NCBI RefSeq assembly: GCF_963921235.1 | Contig: NC_086097.1 | Coordinates: 47,618,001 to 47,682,000, forward strand | Direction of reading: 5' to 3' | From: Mobula hypostoma | Taxonomy: Eukaryota | DNA: 64,000 nt | Made by a program: the position numbers and the translations under genes | Shown here: positions 39,236 to 52,578 of the stretch, piece after piece | How positions within the stretch are numbered: the stretch's first letter is position 1 | How the letters are laid out: every line of letters starts with the position of its first letter | Notes under the pieces: model-generated | What the model saw: the letters and a program-made list of their open reading frames with translations, nothing else | Database searches by the model: none | Told to the model about the DNA's origin: nothing

Positions 39236-39559
39236 TGTAATAACATTGGTAGTGCTCCAATTTGTTCTGTATTTCATTTAAATACATAAATTTATTCCTC
39301 AATTATATGGTATATTGTCTTTTTTTTTATACAATTTTAACTATCTCATGAAACTTCTGCTAAATGAAACAGCCACTTAATTGGGCCAAAATGTACTGGT
39401 CCCAAAGGGTCTCAATTAACCAGAAAATTCTTGTATGTTTTTTCTGAATTCATAAAAAGCAAAATTTACTTCTTGCTAAAATATTCAAAAATCTACAAAC
39501 TACAGTCAATAACTTAAAAATTGCTATTTAATACTATTACCAATTCCCTATAATTCCAC

Positions 39560-41835
39560 ACCAGGGGATTAGCTATTTTGGATTGGATGTTGTGCAATGG
39601 ATCAGAATTGATTAGCCAGCTAAAGGTAAAAGAACCCTTAGGGGAAAAGTGATCATAATATGATCAAATTCACCCTGGAATTTGAGGAGAAGCTGAAGTC
39701 AGGTGTATCAGTGTTACAGTGGCATAAAGGAAATTACAGAGGGATGAGAGAAGAGTTGGCCAGAATTGATTGGAAAAGAACACTGGCAGGGATGAAGGCA
39801 CAGCAGCAATGGCAGAAATTTCTGGAAGCAATTTGGAAGTCACAGAATATATACATCCCAAAGTATTCTAAAGGCAAGATGCCATACTATGGCTAACAAG
39901 GGGAGTCAAAGCCAACATAAAAGCCAAAGAGACAGCATGTAATAGAGCAAAAATTAGTGGGAAGTCAGAGGATTAGGAAGCTTTTCAATACCAACAGAAG
40001 GCAACTAAAAAAGTTATTAAGGTAAAGATGAAATACAGAAGTAAACAAGCCAATAATATTAAAGAGAATACCAAAAGTTTCTTCAGATACATAGTGTAAA
40101 ACTGAGGCGAGAGTTGATATCGGACTCCTGAAAAACAATGCTGAAGAGGTAGTAATGGAGAACAAGAAAATGGTGGACAAACTGAATATGTATTTTGCAC
40201 CAGTATTCACTGTGGAAGACACGAGCAGTATTGTGGAAGTTCCAGGTGTCAGAGGTCATAAAGTGCGTGAAGTTACCATTACTAGGGAGAAGGCTCCTGG
40301 GAAACTGAAAGGTCTGAAAGTAGATATGTCACCTGGGCTAGATGGTGTACACTCCATTCTGAAAGAGGTGGCTGAAGAGATTGTAGAGGCATTAGCAATG
40401 ACCTTTCAAAAAAAAAATCACTAGATTCTGGGATGGTTCCGGGAGACTGGAAAATTGCAAATATCACTCCACTTCTCAAGAAGGGAGAACAGAAGAAAGG
40501 AAATTATAGGCCAGTTAGTCTGACCTCTGGTTGGGAAGATGTTGGAGTCAATCATTAAGGATTTGGGGTATTTGGATGTGGTTTGGGGGTACATGGAGGC
40601 ATATAATAAGGTGTAGTTAACTTGGTTTCAGTGGAAAATCTTGCCTGACAAATCTGTTTGAATTCTTTGAAGAAATAACAATCAGGATAAACAAAGGAGA
40701 GTCAGTGAATGTTGTGTACTTGGATTTTCAGAAGGCCTTTGACATGTGCGACACATGAGGCTGCTTAACAAGCTATGCCCCCATGGTATAACAGGAAAGA
40801 TTCTAGCATAGATAAAGCAGTGGTTGACTGGCAGGAGGTAAAGTGTGGGAATAAAGGGAACTTTTTCTGGCTTCTGTCAGTGACTAGTGGTGTCCAACAG
40901 GGGTCTGTGTAGGAACAGATTCTTTTTGTCAATGATTTCGATAATGGAATTGATAGTTTTGTTGAAACTTTGCAGACAATACAAAGTGGAGGGGCAAGTA
41001 GTTTTAAGGAAATATAGAGGATACAGAAAGTCTTAGTTTAGGAAAATGGGCCAAGAAATACCAGACAGAATTGTGTCAGTAAGTGTATGGTCATGCACTT
41101 TTGTAAAGAAATAAAAGGGTTGACTATTTTCTAATGGGTAAGAAAATACAACAATCTTGAGGTGCGAAGGGATTTGAGAGTCCTTGTGCAGGATTCCCTA
41201 AAGGTTAATTTGCAAGTTGAGTCTGTGGTGAGGAAGGCAAATGCAATTTTAGCTTTCATTTCAAGAGGACCTGAACATAAAAGCAAGGATGCAATGTTGA
41301 AACTTTATAAAGTACTGGTGAAGCCTCACCTGGGGTATTGTGAGTAGTTTTGTGCCCCTTGTCTAAGAAAGGATGTGCTGAAACTGGAGAGGGTTCAAAG
41401 GAGGTTCACAAAAAGGATTCCAGGATTAAATTGCTTGTCATATGAACAGTGTTTGATGACTTTGGGCCTGCATTCACTGGAATTCAGAAGAATGAGGGGA
41501 GGGATGACCTAACTGAAACCCATCAAATGATGAAAGGTCTTGATATGTGGAGAGGATGTTTCCTATGGTTGGAGCAACGAAGACCAGAGGATACAGCCTC
41601 AGAATAGTGGGGTGTCCCTTTAGATCGGAGACAAGGAGGAATTTCCCGAGCCAGAGTAGTGAATCTGGAGTTCATTGCCATGGGCAGCTGTGAAGGCCAG
41701 GTTTTTATGAACACTTAAGGCAGAGGATAGATTCTTGATTGGTCAGGGCATGAAGGGATAGAGGAGGAAGGCAGGAGATTTGAGTTGATAAAGTGGCAGA
41801 GCAGAGTCAGTGGACCAAATGGCCTAATTCTGCTT
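39560..41835 (+). mobile_element. Degenerate CR1 LINE
   Basis: ORFs with KGNYRGMREELARIDW, YFAPVFTVED, SPGLDG and RDLRVLVQDSLK...KANAILAFISRG, plus 3' UTR. Confidence 0.88.
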
Positions 41836-42359
41836 CTATATCTTGCGGTTTTATTGTCTAACAAATAATAGCAGAAACATTTTAATGTATATGATGCCAA
41901 AAAAGTTTAGTTGTTGGGTGTAGTGCAATGGCTATGAAGGACAGCTCTCTACATTTGTACCAACAGTTTTCCATAATTTTGTTTTGGAAAATAAAATGTG
42001 AAAAACGAATGCTCCCATTATAAATGAAGGAAAGAAATCAACTAATTCATATTCTAATAGACGAGTATTTTAGGAGAAACCTCATTAGAAAGGTGTAACA
42101 TTGAAGGCAGTGGTTCAGACCCACTGCAAGGGCTATCATTGGCACATTTATTTAAAATAAAATAATTTTATTTCCATTGTAAAATAATACTGTAGGAACC
42201 CTCGCACAAGAGGCACTGCAGCAGTTCACACCACCTTCAAGGACAATTTAGAAATATGAACAAACAGTGGTCTTGCCAAAAATGGAGAAAATATTGCAGA
42301 TGTAGGTTTTCCCATGAAGCAAGCAATATTTAAAACCTATTTCAAACATGGGAGAGAGA

Positions 42360-42790
42360 AAGAGAAATGGAGAATGGTGGAGAGGAGGGGTGGGGCAATT
42401 ACTGGATGTAATCGATGCTCATGCCATAAGGTTGGAGGCTACTGAGATGGAATATAAGATGTTGCTCCTCCTAACTTTTTGTGGCCTCACAGTGGAAGCA
42501 CAGGAGGTCACGGACTGACAAGTCAGAAACGGAATAGGAAGTAGAATTGAACTGGGAGATTTCTCTTTTTGTGGCAGTCAGAGTGAAGGTACTCGTTGAA
42601 ATGGTCTCCCAATCTACGTCGGGTCTCACTGATATATAGGGGGTCACACCCGGTGCACTGGATACAGTAGGTGACCCAACAGACTCACAGGTGAAGTGTC
42701 ATCCAGCTGGAAAGACTGATTGCGACCCTGAATGGCTGTGAGGGAGGAAGTGTAGAAACAGGGTTGGCACTTATTCCGCTTGCAAGTATA
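42360..42790 (-). mobile_element. Penelope-like GIY-YIG fragment
   Basis: Colinear with ~23560-24000 (cagactcacaggtgaagtg; tctcccaatctacgtcgggtctcac). Confidence 0.75.
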
Positions 42791-43449
42791 AGAAAAGCTA
42801 TTTATTAACTTTTAACTGAGTACATTCATTAATTGTGGACCTATTTGTTTATCCATTAGTGAAGCAAATACTACTTCAGACAGCCACTTTCTCTGGTACT
42901 CATTTCACATACACACAGGTTCCTCTTAAATATTTCCCCTCACCTTAAACGCATGTCCTTGAGTTCAAGATTCTCCAGTGAGAAGGAGACTGTATACATT
43001 CATCCTTTCTGATCCCCTCATGATTTTAAGGTCACCTCTCAGTCTTCTACACTCTAAGGAATGAAGTTTTAAACTGCCCAATCTCGACCTGTAACTCAAG
43101 CCCTCTAGCTTGGTAGCATCTTTACAAATCTTTTCTACACTCTTTCCAGTTTACTAACATCCTTCCCAAACTTAACAATACTTAGTTGTTGGTGTCCAAA
43201 ACTCAAACTCAATACTCCAGTGCAGCCTCACCAGTTTCCTATTCAACCTTACCATCTCCTCCCAGCTTTTATATTCAATGCCCTTAATAATTAAGACTAG
43301 GGCATCAAAAGCCTTCTTTATTACCCCATCTACCTTTGACTTCACTTCCAGAGAACCATGTATTCATACTCCAAGGTTCCTCAGTTCTGTAACACAGAAA
43401 GTGAATGCAGGACCCTGGGGAAAGTCTTACCTAGATTTAATTTTCCAAA

Positions 43450-44988
43450 GTTCAAAGTAAATTTATTATCAACGAACATATGTCACCATATACAACCCTG
43501 AGGTTCATTTTCTTGCAAGAGTTCACAGTAAATACAAAGAAACCATAAAAAACAAGCAAAATAACAATAATGATAAATAAATAAGCAATAAACATCAAGA
43601 ACACGAGATGAAGAGTCCTTAAAGTGGGAACCAGCATCTCATCTAAAACTTCGACAAACTTCTATAGATGCACATTGGAGAATATATTAATTGGTTGCAT
43701 CAAAGCCTGGTTTGGAAGCACCAATGCCCATGAATGCAGAAGTGGTGGATACAACCCAGCCCATCATGCGTAAATGGTGGGGGAGGGCTTTAACACATTT
43801 ACACAGTGCATTGGCGCAGGAAAAGCAGCATTCATTTTCATGGACCCTCACCATCGAGGCTATGCTCTCTTCTTGCTGCTGCCGTCATCAGGAAAGAGGT
43901 ACAGGGACCTCAAGACCACATCACCAGGTTTAGGAAGAGTTACTATCCATCAGCCATCGAACTCGAGCCAAAGGGGATATTTGGGTTTTATTGGGGTTTT
44001 TAGCACTGGAAATAGTTACATCCCGACATGTGCGACAGAAGCATGGTCGCATTGTGTATTCCAGGGACCAGCTGTTTGCGCTAATGCCAAATGGTTTAGC
44101 GAGCAGAGCGGCGACACTCCTGCTGAAATCTGGAGGAAAACACAGAGGATGCAGAGGGAGATCACAAAGTCGAGGAAAGAGGACCGGGTCGAGACAACAG
44201 AGACTTATGGAGAAGAGGAGTTCGGTGGGTAATAAAATGGATGAGTTCACGGCGCTAGCCAGGCGTCAGAGAACATTTCAGGAGTGCAGTGTTATGTGTT
44301 TCACTGGAACGGGGCTGCACGAGGACATATCCGATCAAAACTTCCCCATGGACGGCTTCCAGACCGTCCGGCTGACCGGAAGTACACTGAGAGTGGTAAG
44401 CGTAAAGGAGTTGGGTGCTTACTGTTCTGGTTAACAATAGATGGTGCAATCCGGGTCATATTACGATCCAGGAACGTGTTTGTAGACCGGATATTGAACT
44501 TTTTGCTGTTGGACTTCGGCCATATTCCACCGAGATACAACACTGGGCGGCACGGAAGGTCGTTCCAGCCTGTGGCCATCGAACTTGCAGCTCCTCCCGT
44601 GGAGGGTCAGACACCCTGAGCCAATAGACTGGTCCTGGACTTATTTTCCATCTGGCATAGTTTGCATTTTATTGTTTGATTGTTTGTGGTTTTTGTATTG
44701 CTATATTTATGCTCTATTCTTGGTTGGTGCAGCTGTAACGAAACCCAATTTCCTTCGGGATCAATAAAGTATACCTGTCTGTCTGTCTATAACTTCATTC
44801 ACCCCAACACTGAACTGTTCCCACAACCTATTGTCTAACTTTCAAGGATTCTTCATCTCATATTTCTCAATATTTATTATTTTCCTTTTCTGTTTTTTTC
44901 TTTGTATTTACTGTGAATGCCTGCAAGGAAGTGAATCTCAGGGTTGCATACAATGACATACATGTATTTTGATAGCAAATTTACTTTG
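43450..44988. mobile_element. Composite Rex/Babar-type insertion: minus-strand 3' tail (~43450-43630) joined to a plus-strand 3' fragment, inside an old CR1
   Basis: tcaaagtaaatttattatc at the left and gatagcaaatttactttga at the right. Flanking duplication aattttccaaa (43439-43449) / aactttccaaa (44989-44999). Confidence 0.75.
43979..44790 (+). mobile_element. Internally deleted (bipartite) Rex1-like retroelement
   Basis: The 5' part encodes IVYSRDQL..., SVGNKMDE, CSVMCFT, DGFQTVR, VNNRWC, DIELFAVGLRPY (APE endonuclease N-terminus). At ~44527 it is fused to the Rex1 3' end (ggagggtcagacaccctgagccaatag...gatcaataaag) with a (GTCT)n tail. Confidence 0.85.
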
Positions 44989-46557
44989 AACTTTCCAAAA
45001 TGGACCACCTGGCACTTAACCTGAATTAAACTCCATTTTCCACTCTTTGACCCACTTACTGAATTTTGAATAACCTTCTTCATCCTCTACTATAGCAACA
45101 ACCCTTGAATCTTCTGACCAGTATTTTAATACAAGCAATGACGATGGCAAGAAATAACATAAAACCATTATTGGTATGGCTTTATTAATATGGAATCAAT
45201 AAACAACTTCAGAAAAATGGTCGTGAGTGAGTGAGCACAATTAATTGGGATGGCAATTCAGAATCACATTCATGTACTGGGTGTTAGCTTGAGGTATTTT
45301 TTTGTAACAATGCATTGCAACAAATTCTTACTTCTAAACAAGGCTAATTTTTTTTTATATAACTTTACTTCAACGTGTAGCTTTGAAAATTCTGTAATAT
45401 TAGGATGCATTGACATTGAATGTCAACCTTACTCAGCCCCTCACACACCAGGTATCCCTCCTTTGTAGAGTATTTTCTGTGTGAAGGTGTTAGGGCATAT
45501 TCTGGAGTTAGAGCATGTACCAAGTATTAATCTGAACATCAACCAATTTTCAGATCTAGATTTGAATACGAATTTAAAAAGGCAGCTCAGAATAGTAAAT
45601 TGCAGACCAGGAAACACCTAATTAACCAATACAAGTCTGCATATGCATGAATGCAATTAACACCCTATTGCATGAATACGACTCAGAGACTACAGTAATT
45701 AAGTCATTTGGGGTGCCTTGGTGGGAAGACCAAGGAATTTGAGAAATTACATGCTGTAATGTTGGGTTGAAGAAGCTGGATCTCCATAGGAGCCACAAGT
45801 CATTATTAGCAGATAAATAATTCTTTGAAGTATTTATGTAGCTTTAGTCATCTTCCACCCTTAATAGAAGTGAATATACTTACTGATTTCTGAGAATATT
45901 TCCTATTAAAAGCCAATATGCTTCCCCAAGTTTGCTCTTGTCCAGAATGTAGCTGCAGTTCGTATCACGCTAAATAGCAATTGCCTTCATTTTCATTTCT
46001 GCACTCACAATCCTAACATAAGCCTTTTGTGAAAAAGTTCCATATTTTTAACCTTGAGATTAAAAGTACTAACAATATTCAATTTTTAAAACTTAAAGTC
46101 CCTAAATTGACTTACACCATTGGGACACACAAGTGGAAACGACCTCTGTCTTTTATAGCAAAGCCTTCCATAAATGGAAAATTTTCTCCCAGACTTTTCT
46201 TTAAAGAGCTTACAGCATATCCCAATAGACTTGTTAAATCACTGTTGTATTAATTCTGCTTCACTCATATTCATTTTTTCCACATTACCTTTTAATTTTG
46301 TTCCGAGAAAATTTACAACGTGAACATTTAGTACCTGGAGCTTGTTGATCATTCATAACAGAATACAAAGGTGTTTTTTGAAATTTTGAAATTCCATGAA
46401 ATTTTGAATTAATTAGAATTAGTTGGGTCTTTGTCTGCCAACTGACAGTAATAGGGTCTGATGAATATACAGGTTTTGGGACATCCAAAACTGGCAGAGC
46501 ACAGACAAAAGTATGTATTTTGAAGATAAAATAGATGGTGCACAAGTGCAAACCTAC

Positions 46558-46705
46558 CATTCCCTCGCCACACCTCAGCCAAGTGGCAACCAATCTCACC
46601 AGGCTCTTTGCAAAATTCAACAACATCTCGACATGTTGTTTCAGGGGTTATGGGGACTTCAGCAAAACTCTGCTCATTGCTGCTCAAGTAAACAGTCAAT
46701 ATCAT
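46558..46705 (-). CDS. PPP1R13B: ASPP1 (apoptosis-stimulating protein of p53 1) coding exon, equivalent to exon 2; start of ubiquitin-like domain
   Basis: Translates [49 protein letters not shown], recognisably the ASPP1 N-terminus. Acceptor ttttgcAG, donor GTaggt; 148 nt, phase 0 to 1. Confidence 0.95.
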
Positions 46706-46941
46706 CTGCAAAAAAAAAATGATAATCTAAAATTAGGTTTACAAGGCTTTTTTTAATCTTATGTCCACCAAAGTCTCTGAAGACTACCATGCTGCCAACA
46801 TATTTAAAAGGCCAGAATAAATCAAAACAAATGTGAATATTTTAAACATATTAATAAAAAGTATTGCTTTCAAATCTAGAGAAATAAATTCAGTGATAGA
46901 AATGTGTTATAGCAAATCTTATATGGATAAACAATCTATAG

Positions 46942-47024
46942 CAAGGGTCCCCAACCTTTTCTTAAAATGACATGGACCCCTACATTAACTAAGGGGTCTG
47001 TGAACCCCAGGTTGAGAACCTCTG
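46942..47024 (+). mobile_element. 83-bp hAT MITE
   Basis: TIRs caagggtccccaacct / aggttgagaacctctg. 8-bp TSD atctatag (46934-46941) / atctgtag (47025-47032). Confidence 0.85.
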
Positions 47025-49699
47025 ATCTGTAGTATAGCTAGTTCAATGAAACATCCATAATAAATTTAATGCAAGCTGATTTTACAAACATTTCCAAAAC
47101 GCTCATGTAACAAAGTGTACCAAATATCCCAGTTATCAACAAGTTAACTGCACAATTTTTCATGGCCACTGCAAAGCTAATATTAGTAATGACTCACAGG
47201 AACTATGCTTGTGTCTATATTACACAACACACAAAAATCATTAATCATTTAAATTAAAAAATAAATTACAGGCTAATTTAATAGTTTGCACACTCATTTC
47301 ATAAAAAAAAATCAAAATATCTCATCCCAGTTACATTGGTTACCAGCATCAACAAGTTTGGTTAATCTTAATTTGCAAATTGTGGAAAAATAACTAAAAG
47401 TCAGTCTGAATGAACTGGATTTTGTTCATTCCTGTATTACATTTTCCATAACTCCCTTCACCAACACTGTGATAAAAAAAATTCAAAAAAAAGTTAATTT
47501 GAAGCCAAAACTAAAATTAGACCGTTTCTAGAATGGGTAGCTGAACATTTAGATCCCCTCCCCCCATGTACAAACTGACACTCTTCTGTCAGGAATGAAC
47601 ATCAAAACTAGCTCCCTCCAATTCAGGATCATAGTGTTCAAAAATTATGATTATGAAAAATATACTACTGTGCCTTTCGCAGAATACTACCTGAAGCAAT
47701 TTTACTGCAAGGGAAAAAACTTCTGCATGTACCAGCAAAATGTACGACAGCATACCAATTAGAAGACAACTAAACCAAATTGTATCTACACTATTAAAAT
47801 GTACCTCATTTCAAAGACTGCAGAAAATGAAGGATTCATCAGAACACAAACAATAACAGGATCACTCACTTTAAAATTCTGCTTTACAAAAGATCAGTAG
47901 CAGTTGACACTGATGATTAAAAAATTTTTAACTTGATGTTTGCAGACAGTTCAAAATGACAAAGTAAGCATTCATATAATGAACTTCTTCGTTACATTAG
48001 CTCAAAACACTGCAATTACCTTGCCATGCCCAAAATTCCCCTTATTCTTGAAAAAGTGCTCATGTCTAATTTTCTTCTTCAGCCAAAAAATTCTAACTAG
48101 CCTACATCAAACACTGGAGCACCATTGTACAAAACTAGCTAATAAAAAAAATAAAAACAAGGAGAAAATAAACAGAAGTTTCAATGGACTGCAAGAGTGT
48201 TCCAAGGAAAGTAGCTCAGGTCTCTACACAAGCTCAAACTTAAAATCAGTTTCACAGCCTTGGCAGACGTCATGGAATCCGTGTGGTACAAGAATCAAAT
48301 GCATACTTTTGCATTAAGTCCTGATAAGATGACCTGAATAAAGCAAAGCTTTTACTATTGAAATCAAGTACATATGAAGTTCATCACTTTCTGATGCTAA
48401 TTTTGTTTAAAGAAAAAGCCCTATATTTTAAACTCAAGGAAAATTCTTCAATGCTGGAGTTTAAAAAAAGGATCAATTCCCCCTTAGCTGATAGAATGCA
48501 GTTTGGCAACGTGCACTCCGGAACACCAGATGCAGGATGTTGATCTTGCACTTTCAACCCTGCAGTATACAGTCATATCACTACAATACCAAGAAAATAA
48601 ATATGTTCCACACATTGTGTGTAGCTCCATTTTCATATCTTAGGATTGGGAATTCCATGCTTCACTGAAGTCATGCATTTTAACCCACCACTTAAATATG
48701 TTTTACTTTGGCTTCTATGTTGTATAAATAAACAATAATCTGCTTGCCAACTACATTTATAGATCAGCTTTAACACATACTTTACAGCACCTCAAAAGTT
48801 GCACTATCAAATAAAAAGATACGTGGGTAGATTTTAAAACTTGATCAAGGGTTCCTGTAAGGTGATAAAATTCCTTATCGTTCTTTTTACAAATGACAAA
48901 AAAATATTGTTTTCTGTTGTACAGATTAAACCATTTAAAACTCGGTAGAAGATTAGTACAGCTGCTGCGCAAGGCCTGAACCCCAGCTTCATTCCTGACT
49001 TCAGATACTTACTTTGGTGAGAATACAAGGATAAATTTTAAAAATTGGATTAATATAGGATCAGTTTAAAATGTGGTAGTCGATGTAGACTCTTTGGGCC
49101 AAATGACCTGTTCCAATGCTGCATGATTCGAAAATCAGATGTGCACAACTGACCAGATTACCTCAAAACTCTAGAGATTGACAGGCAATTGCTTACAACA
49201 AGATTTTAAGAATGAGGTGCAATGCAACTGAGCAACAGTAAACAAGCAGAGTGAATGAGACTTGGTCAGAGTTGCGACCAGTTTAAATTGAAGTGTGGTG
49301 GTTGGGAGACTATCCAGGAGTGTGGAACATTACATTGCCCTATTTGAATTTAGCATTCTTTAAAAGTAAGCTCCCTAAACATAATTAGAAATGGTTAAAA
49401 GAAATTGTAAAATGTTTTTGCTCCCAACCTCCACATGTAGTTTGCTGACTGCAGTATAGCAGTTGCAAAAATTATAATCTATTTCTGCTCAAGGCATACA
49501 AAATAGGAAAAAAAAACTTTAGCAAGAAATTACCATTCTCAAAAGGGAGTATTTCCAGAGGTATACTGAGAATACTGAAGTGGAGGTCATCAGCATAGTT
49601 ATCAGAGATAGAAACACCAATCTTACATTACAGCTAGTAGCATCCAGTAATTTCAAATTATTTGTTTCCTCTCCCCTCCAATTTAAATACCCATAAAAA

Positions 49700-51845
49700 C
49701 AGGATTAGAATAAAGCCATTTGGTCTAATGAGTCTGCTCTGTCATTCAATCATGGCTAATTTATTATCCCTCTTAACCCCAATCTCCTGTCTTTGCCCCA
49801 CAATCTTTAATGGCCTAATCAAGAACCTACCAATCTCCACTTTAAATATCACAAACAAGAGAAAAATCTGCAGATGCTGGAAATCAAAGCAACACAGAAA
49901 ATGCAGGAGGAAATGCAAGGTGGGGGGAGAGAAGGGAGTAGGTGATAGGTGAAACTGGGATAGCAGGAGGGGTGAAGTACTGTAAAGAGCTGGGAAGTTG
50001 ATTTGCGGAAGGGCTGGAGAAGGGAGAATCTGACAGGAGAGGACAGATGGCCATGGAAGACAGGAGGGGAAGGAGCATCGGGGGGGGGGGTGATAGGCAG
50101 GTAGTGAGATAAGGTAAGAGAGGGAAAAGAAAATGGGGAATGGTGAAAGGGGTGGGGGAGGGGGTTAAATTAACAGAAGTCCAAGACATTGATGTTCATG
50201 CCATCAGGTTGCAGGCTTCCCAGACAGAATATGAAGGTGTTGTTCCTCCAACCCGAGTGTGGCCTCATCGCTGCAGTAGATGCTGTGGACTGATATGTCG
50301 GAATGGGAAGTAGAATTAAAATGGGTGGCACAGGGAGATTCTGCTTTTACTGGTGGACAGAGCGTAGGGGCTCAGAGAAGTAGTCTCCCAATCTACGTCA
50401 GGTCTCACTGATATACAGGAGGCCACATCAAGAGCACGTGATGCAGTAGATGACCCCAGATTCACAGGTGAAGTGTTGCTTCACCTGGAAAGACTGTTCG
50501 GGCCCAGAATGGTAGTGAGAGAGGTGTAGAAGGTCGTGTGGCACTTGTTTTGCTTGTAAGGATGTGCAAGGAGGGAGATCAGTGGGGAGGGATAAACGGA
50601 TAAGGGAGTCCTTTAGGGAGCAATCCCAGCAGAAAGTTAGGGGGAGGAAAAAAATGTGCTTGGTAGTGGGATCCCATTGAAGATAGCGAAGTTACACAGA
50701 ATTATGTGTTGGATGCTGAAGCTGGTGGGTGATAAGTGAGGACAAAAGGAGCTCTTTTGGTGGGGTGGTGGGTAGATGGGGTGAGAGCAGATATGCGCGA
50801 AATGAAAGAGATGCAGGTGAGGGCAGCATTGATGGTGGAGGAAGAGCAGCCCCTTTCTTTGAAGGAAGAGGACAGCTCCTTAGTTCTGGAATGAAAAGCC
50901 TCATCCTGAGAGCAGATGCAGTGGAGACGGAGGAATGAGAGAAAGGGATGGCATCCACTTTAAATATACCCATTGCAGCCTGTAGCAATGAATTCCACAG
51001 ACTCAGCACCATCTGGCTAAAGAAATCGCTCCTTATCTCTGTTCTAAAGGGATACCCCTGTCTTCAGAAACTATGCCCTCTGGTCCTAGACTTTCCTACT
51101 ATTGTAAACATCCTCTTTGTGTCCAGTCTATTTAGGCCTTTTAATATATTTCAATAAGATCCCCCATCATTCTTCTAAACTCCAGCAAGGACAGACCCAG
51201 AGCGAAACACCCCTCATACAGTAACCCCATCATTCCTGGGATCATTCTCGCGAACCCCTTCTGAACCCTCTCCAATGCCAGCACATACTTTCTCAGATAA
51301 GGGGCCCAAAACTACTCACAATGCTCCGAATGCAATCTGACCAATGTCTTATAAAACCTCAGCATTACATCCTTGCTTTTATACTCTAGTCCTCTTGAAA
51401 TTAATGTCAATATTACATTGTCTTCTTTACTACCGACTCAACCTGTAAGTTAACATTTAGGGAATACAGCACTAGGACACCTAAGACCCTTTGCACCTTT
51501 GATTTCCGAATTTGCTTCCCATTTAGAAAAAAGTCTTTACTACTTCTACCAAAGTGCATCATCATACACCTCCCTATACTGTATTCCATTTGCCACTTTT
51601 GTCCATTCTTGTAACCTATTCAAGCCCTTCCACAGATTCCCCACTTCCTCAGCACTGCCTACCCTCCATCTATCTTTGTATTATCCATAAACTTGGCCAC
51701 AAAGCCATCAATATTGTCATCCAAATCGTAAACATATTACATGAAAAGAAATGGTCCCAACATAGACTCCTGTGGAACACCACTAATCACCGCAGCCAAC
51801 CAAAAAAGGCCCTTGTATTCCCACTCTTTGCCTCCTTCCTGTCAG
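49700..51845 (-). mobile_element. CR1 LINE 3' part, interrupted by a Penelope element
   Basis: Colinear with the CR1 at 73-1150 on both sides of the Penelope insert. Confidence 0.8.
49850..50953 (-). mobile_element. Penelope-like retroelement fragment
   Basis: Same terminus (cacaaacaagagaaaaatctgcagatgctgg) and GIY-YIG region as 23208-24229. 14-bp TSD tccactttaaatat at 49836-49849 and 50954-50967. Confidence 0.88.
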
Positions 51846-52416
51846 TAAATCCCCCGTCCAAATGGAAAGAAATTTACTCTTCACATAAATTATGCACAAA
51901 TTAATTTGCAAATGACTACTTTACTAGACAATTTTACTAAACACCACGTAGACTTGTGAAACACTGTAGAGTTAGAATTTCATGACTAATCAGTCAAAAA
52001 TGTTTCCTTAGTTTTTATAAGATAAATAGTAACTACATAGCAGATTCCCACCAATTCTTCTCGATATGATAATTTCTTTTGTTGACCTACCATACTCTTT
52101 CAAATAAATATATTGTTCTTGGGATGCTCACAGATGTGACTGAAAACAGTAATATAGTGGTTTAAGATTAGGTTCAGCGGCTCAATCAAATACCTAGGGG
52201 CTCTGAACCAACAGGTGCATCTGAATATAAAGTGTTCCCACCTGCATGGCCACCCACACCATGCCTGCAGATAATATTCAGACATACTAAAAGCTTGATA
52301 AATACGCTGACCCAGACCTATCACCCAAATGTGAAAATTGAAATAAACTTACCATTTTGCTTATTAAAACCAAATCAAAATAAACATCCAAGCTAAAACC
52401 AACGACCTAAACAGGT

Positions 52417-52578
52417 CACAAACAAAAGAAAAATCTGCAGATGCCGGAAATCCAAACCACATGCCCAAAATGCTGGAGGAATTCAGCAGGCCAGGCAGTA
52501 TCTACGAAAAGAGTACAGTCGACATTTTTCCATAGATGCCGCTTGGTCTGCTGAGCTCCTCCAGCATTTTGGGTGTGT
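52417..52578. mobile_element. Miniature palindromic Penelope terminal-repeat insertion
   Basis: Terminal repeat followed by its own inverted copy. 13-bp TSD gacctaaacaggt (52404-52416) / gacctaaacagat (52579-52591). Confidence 0.8.
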
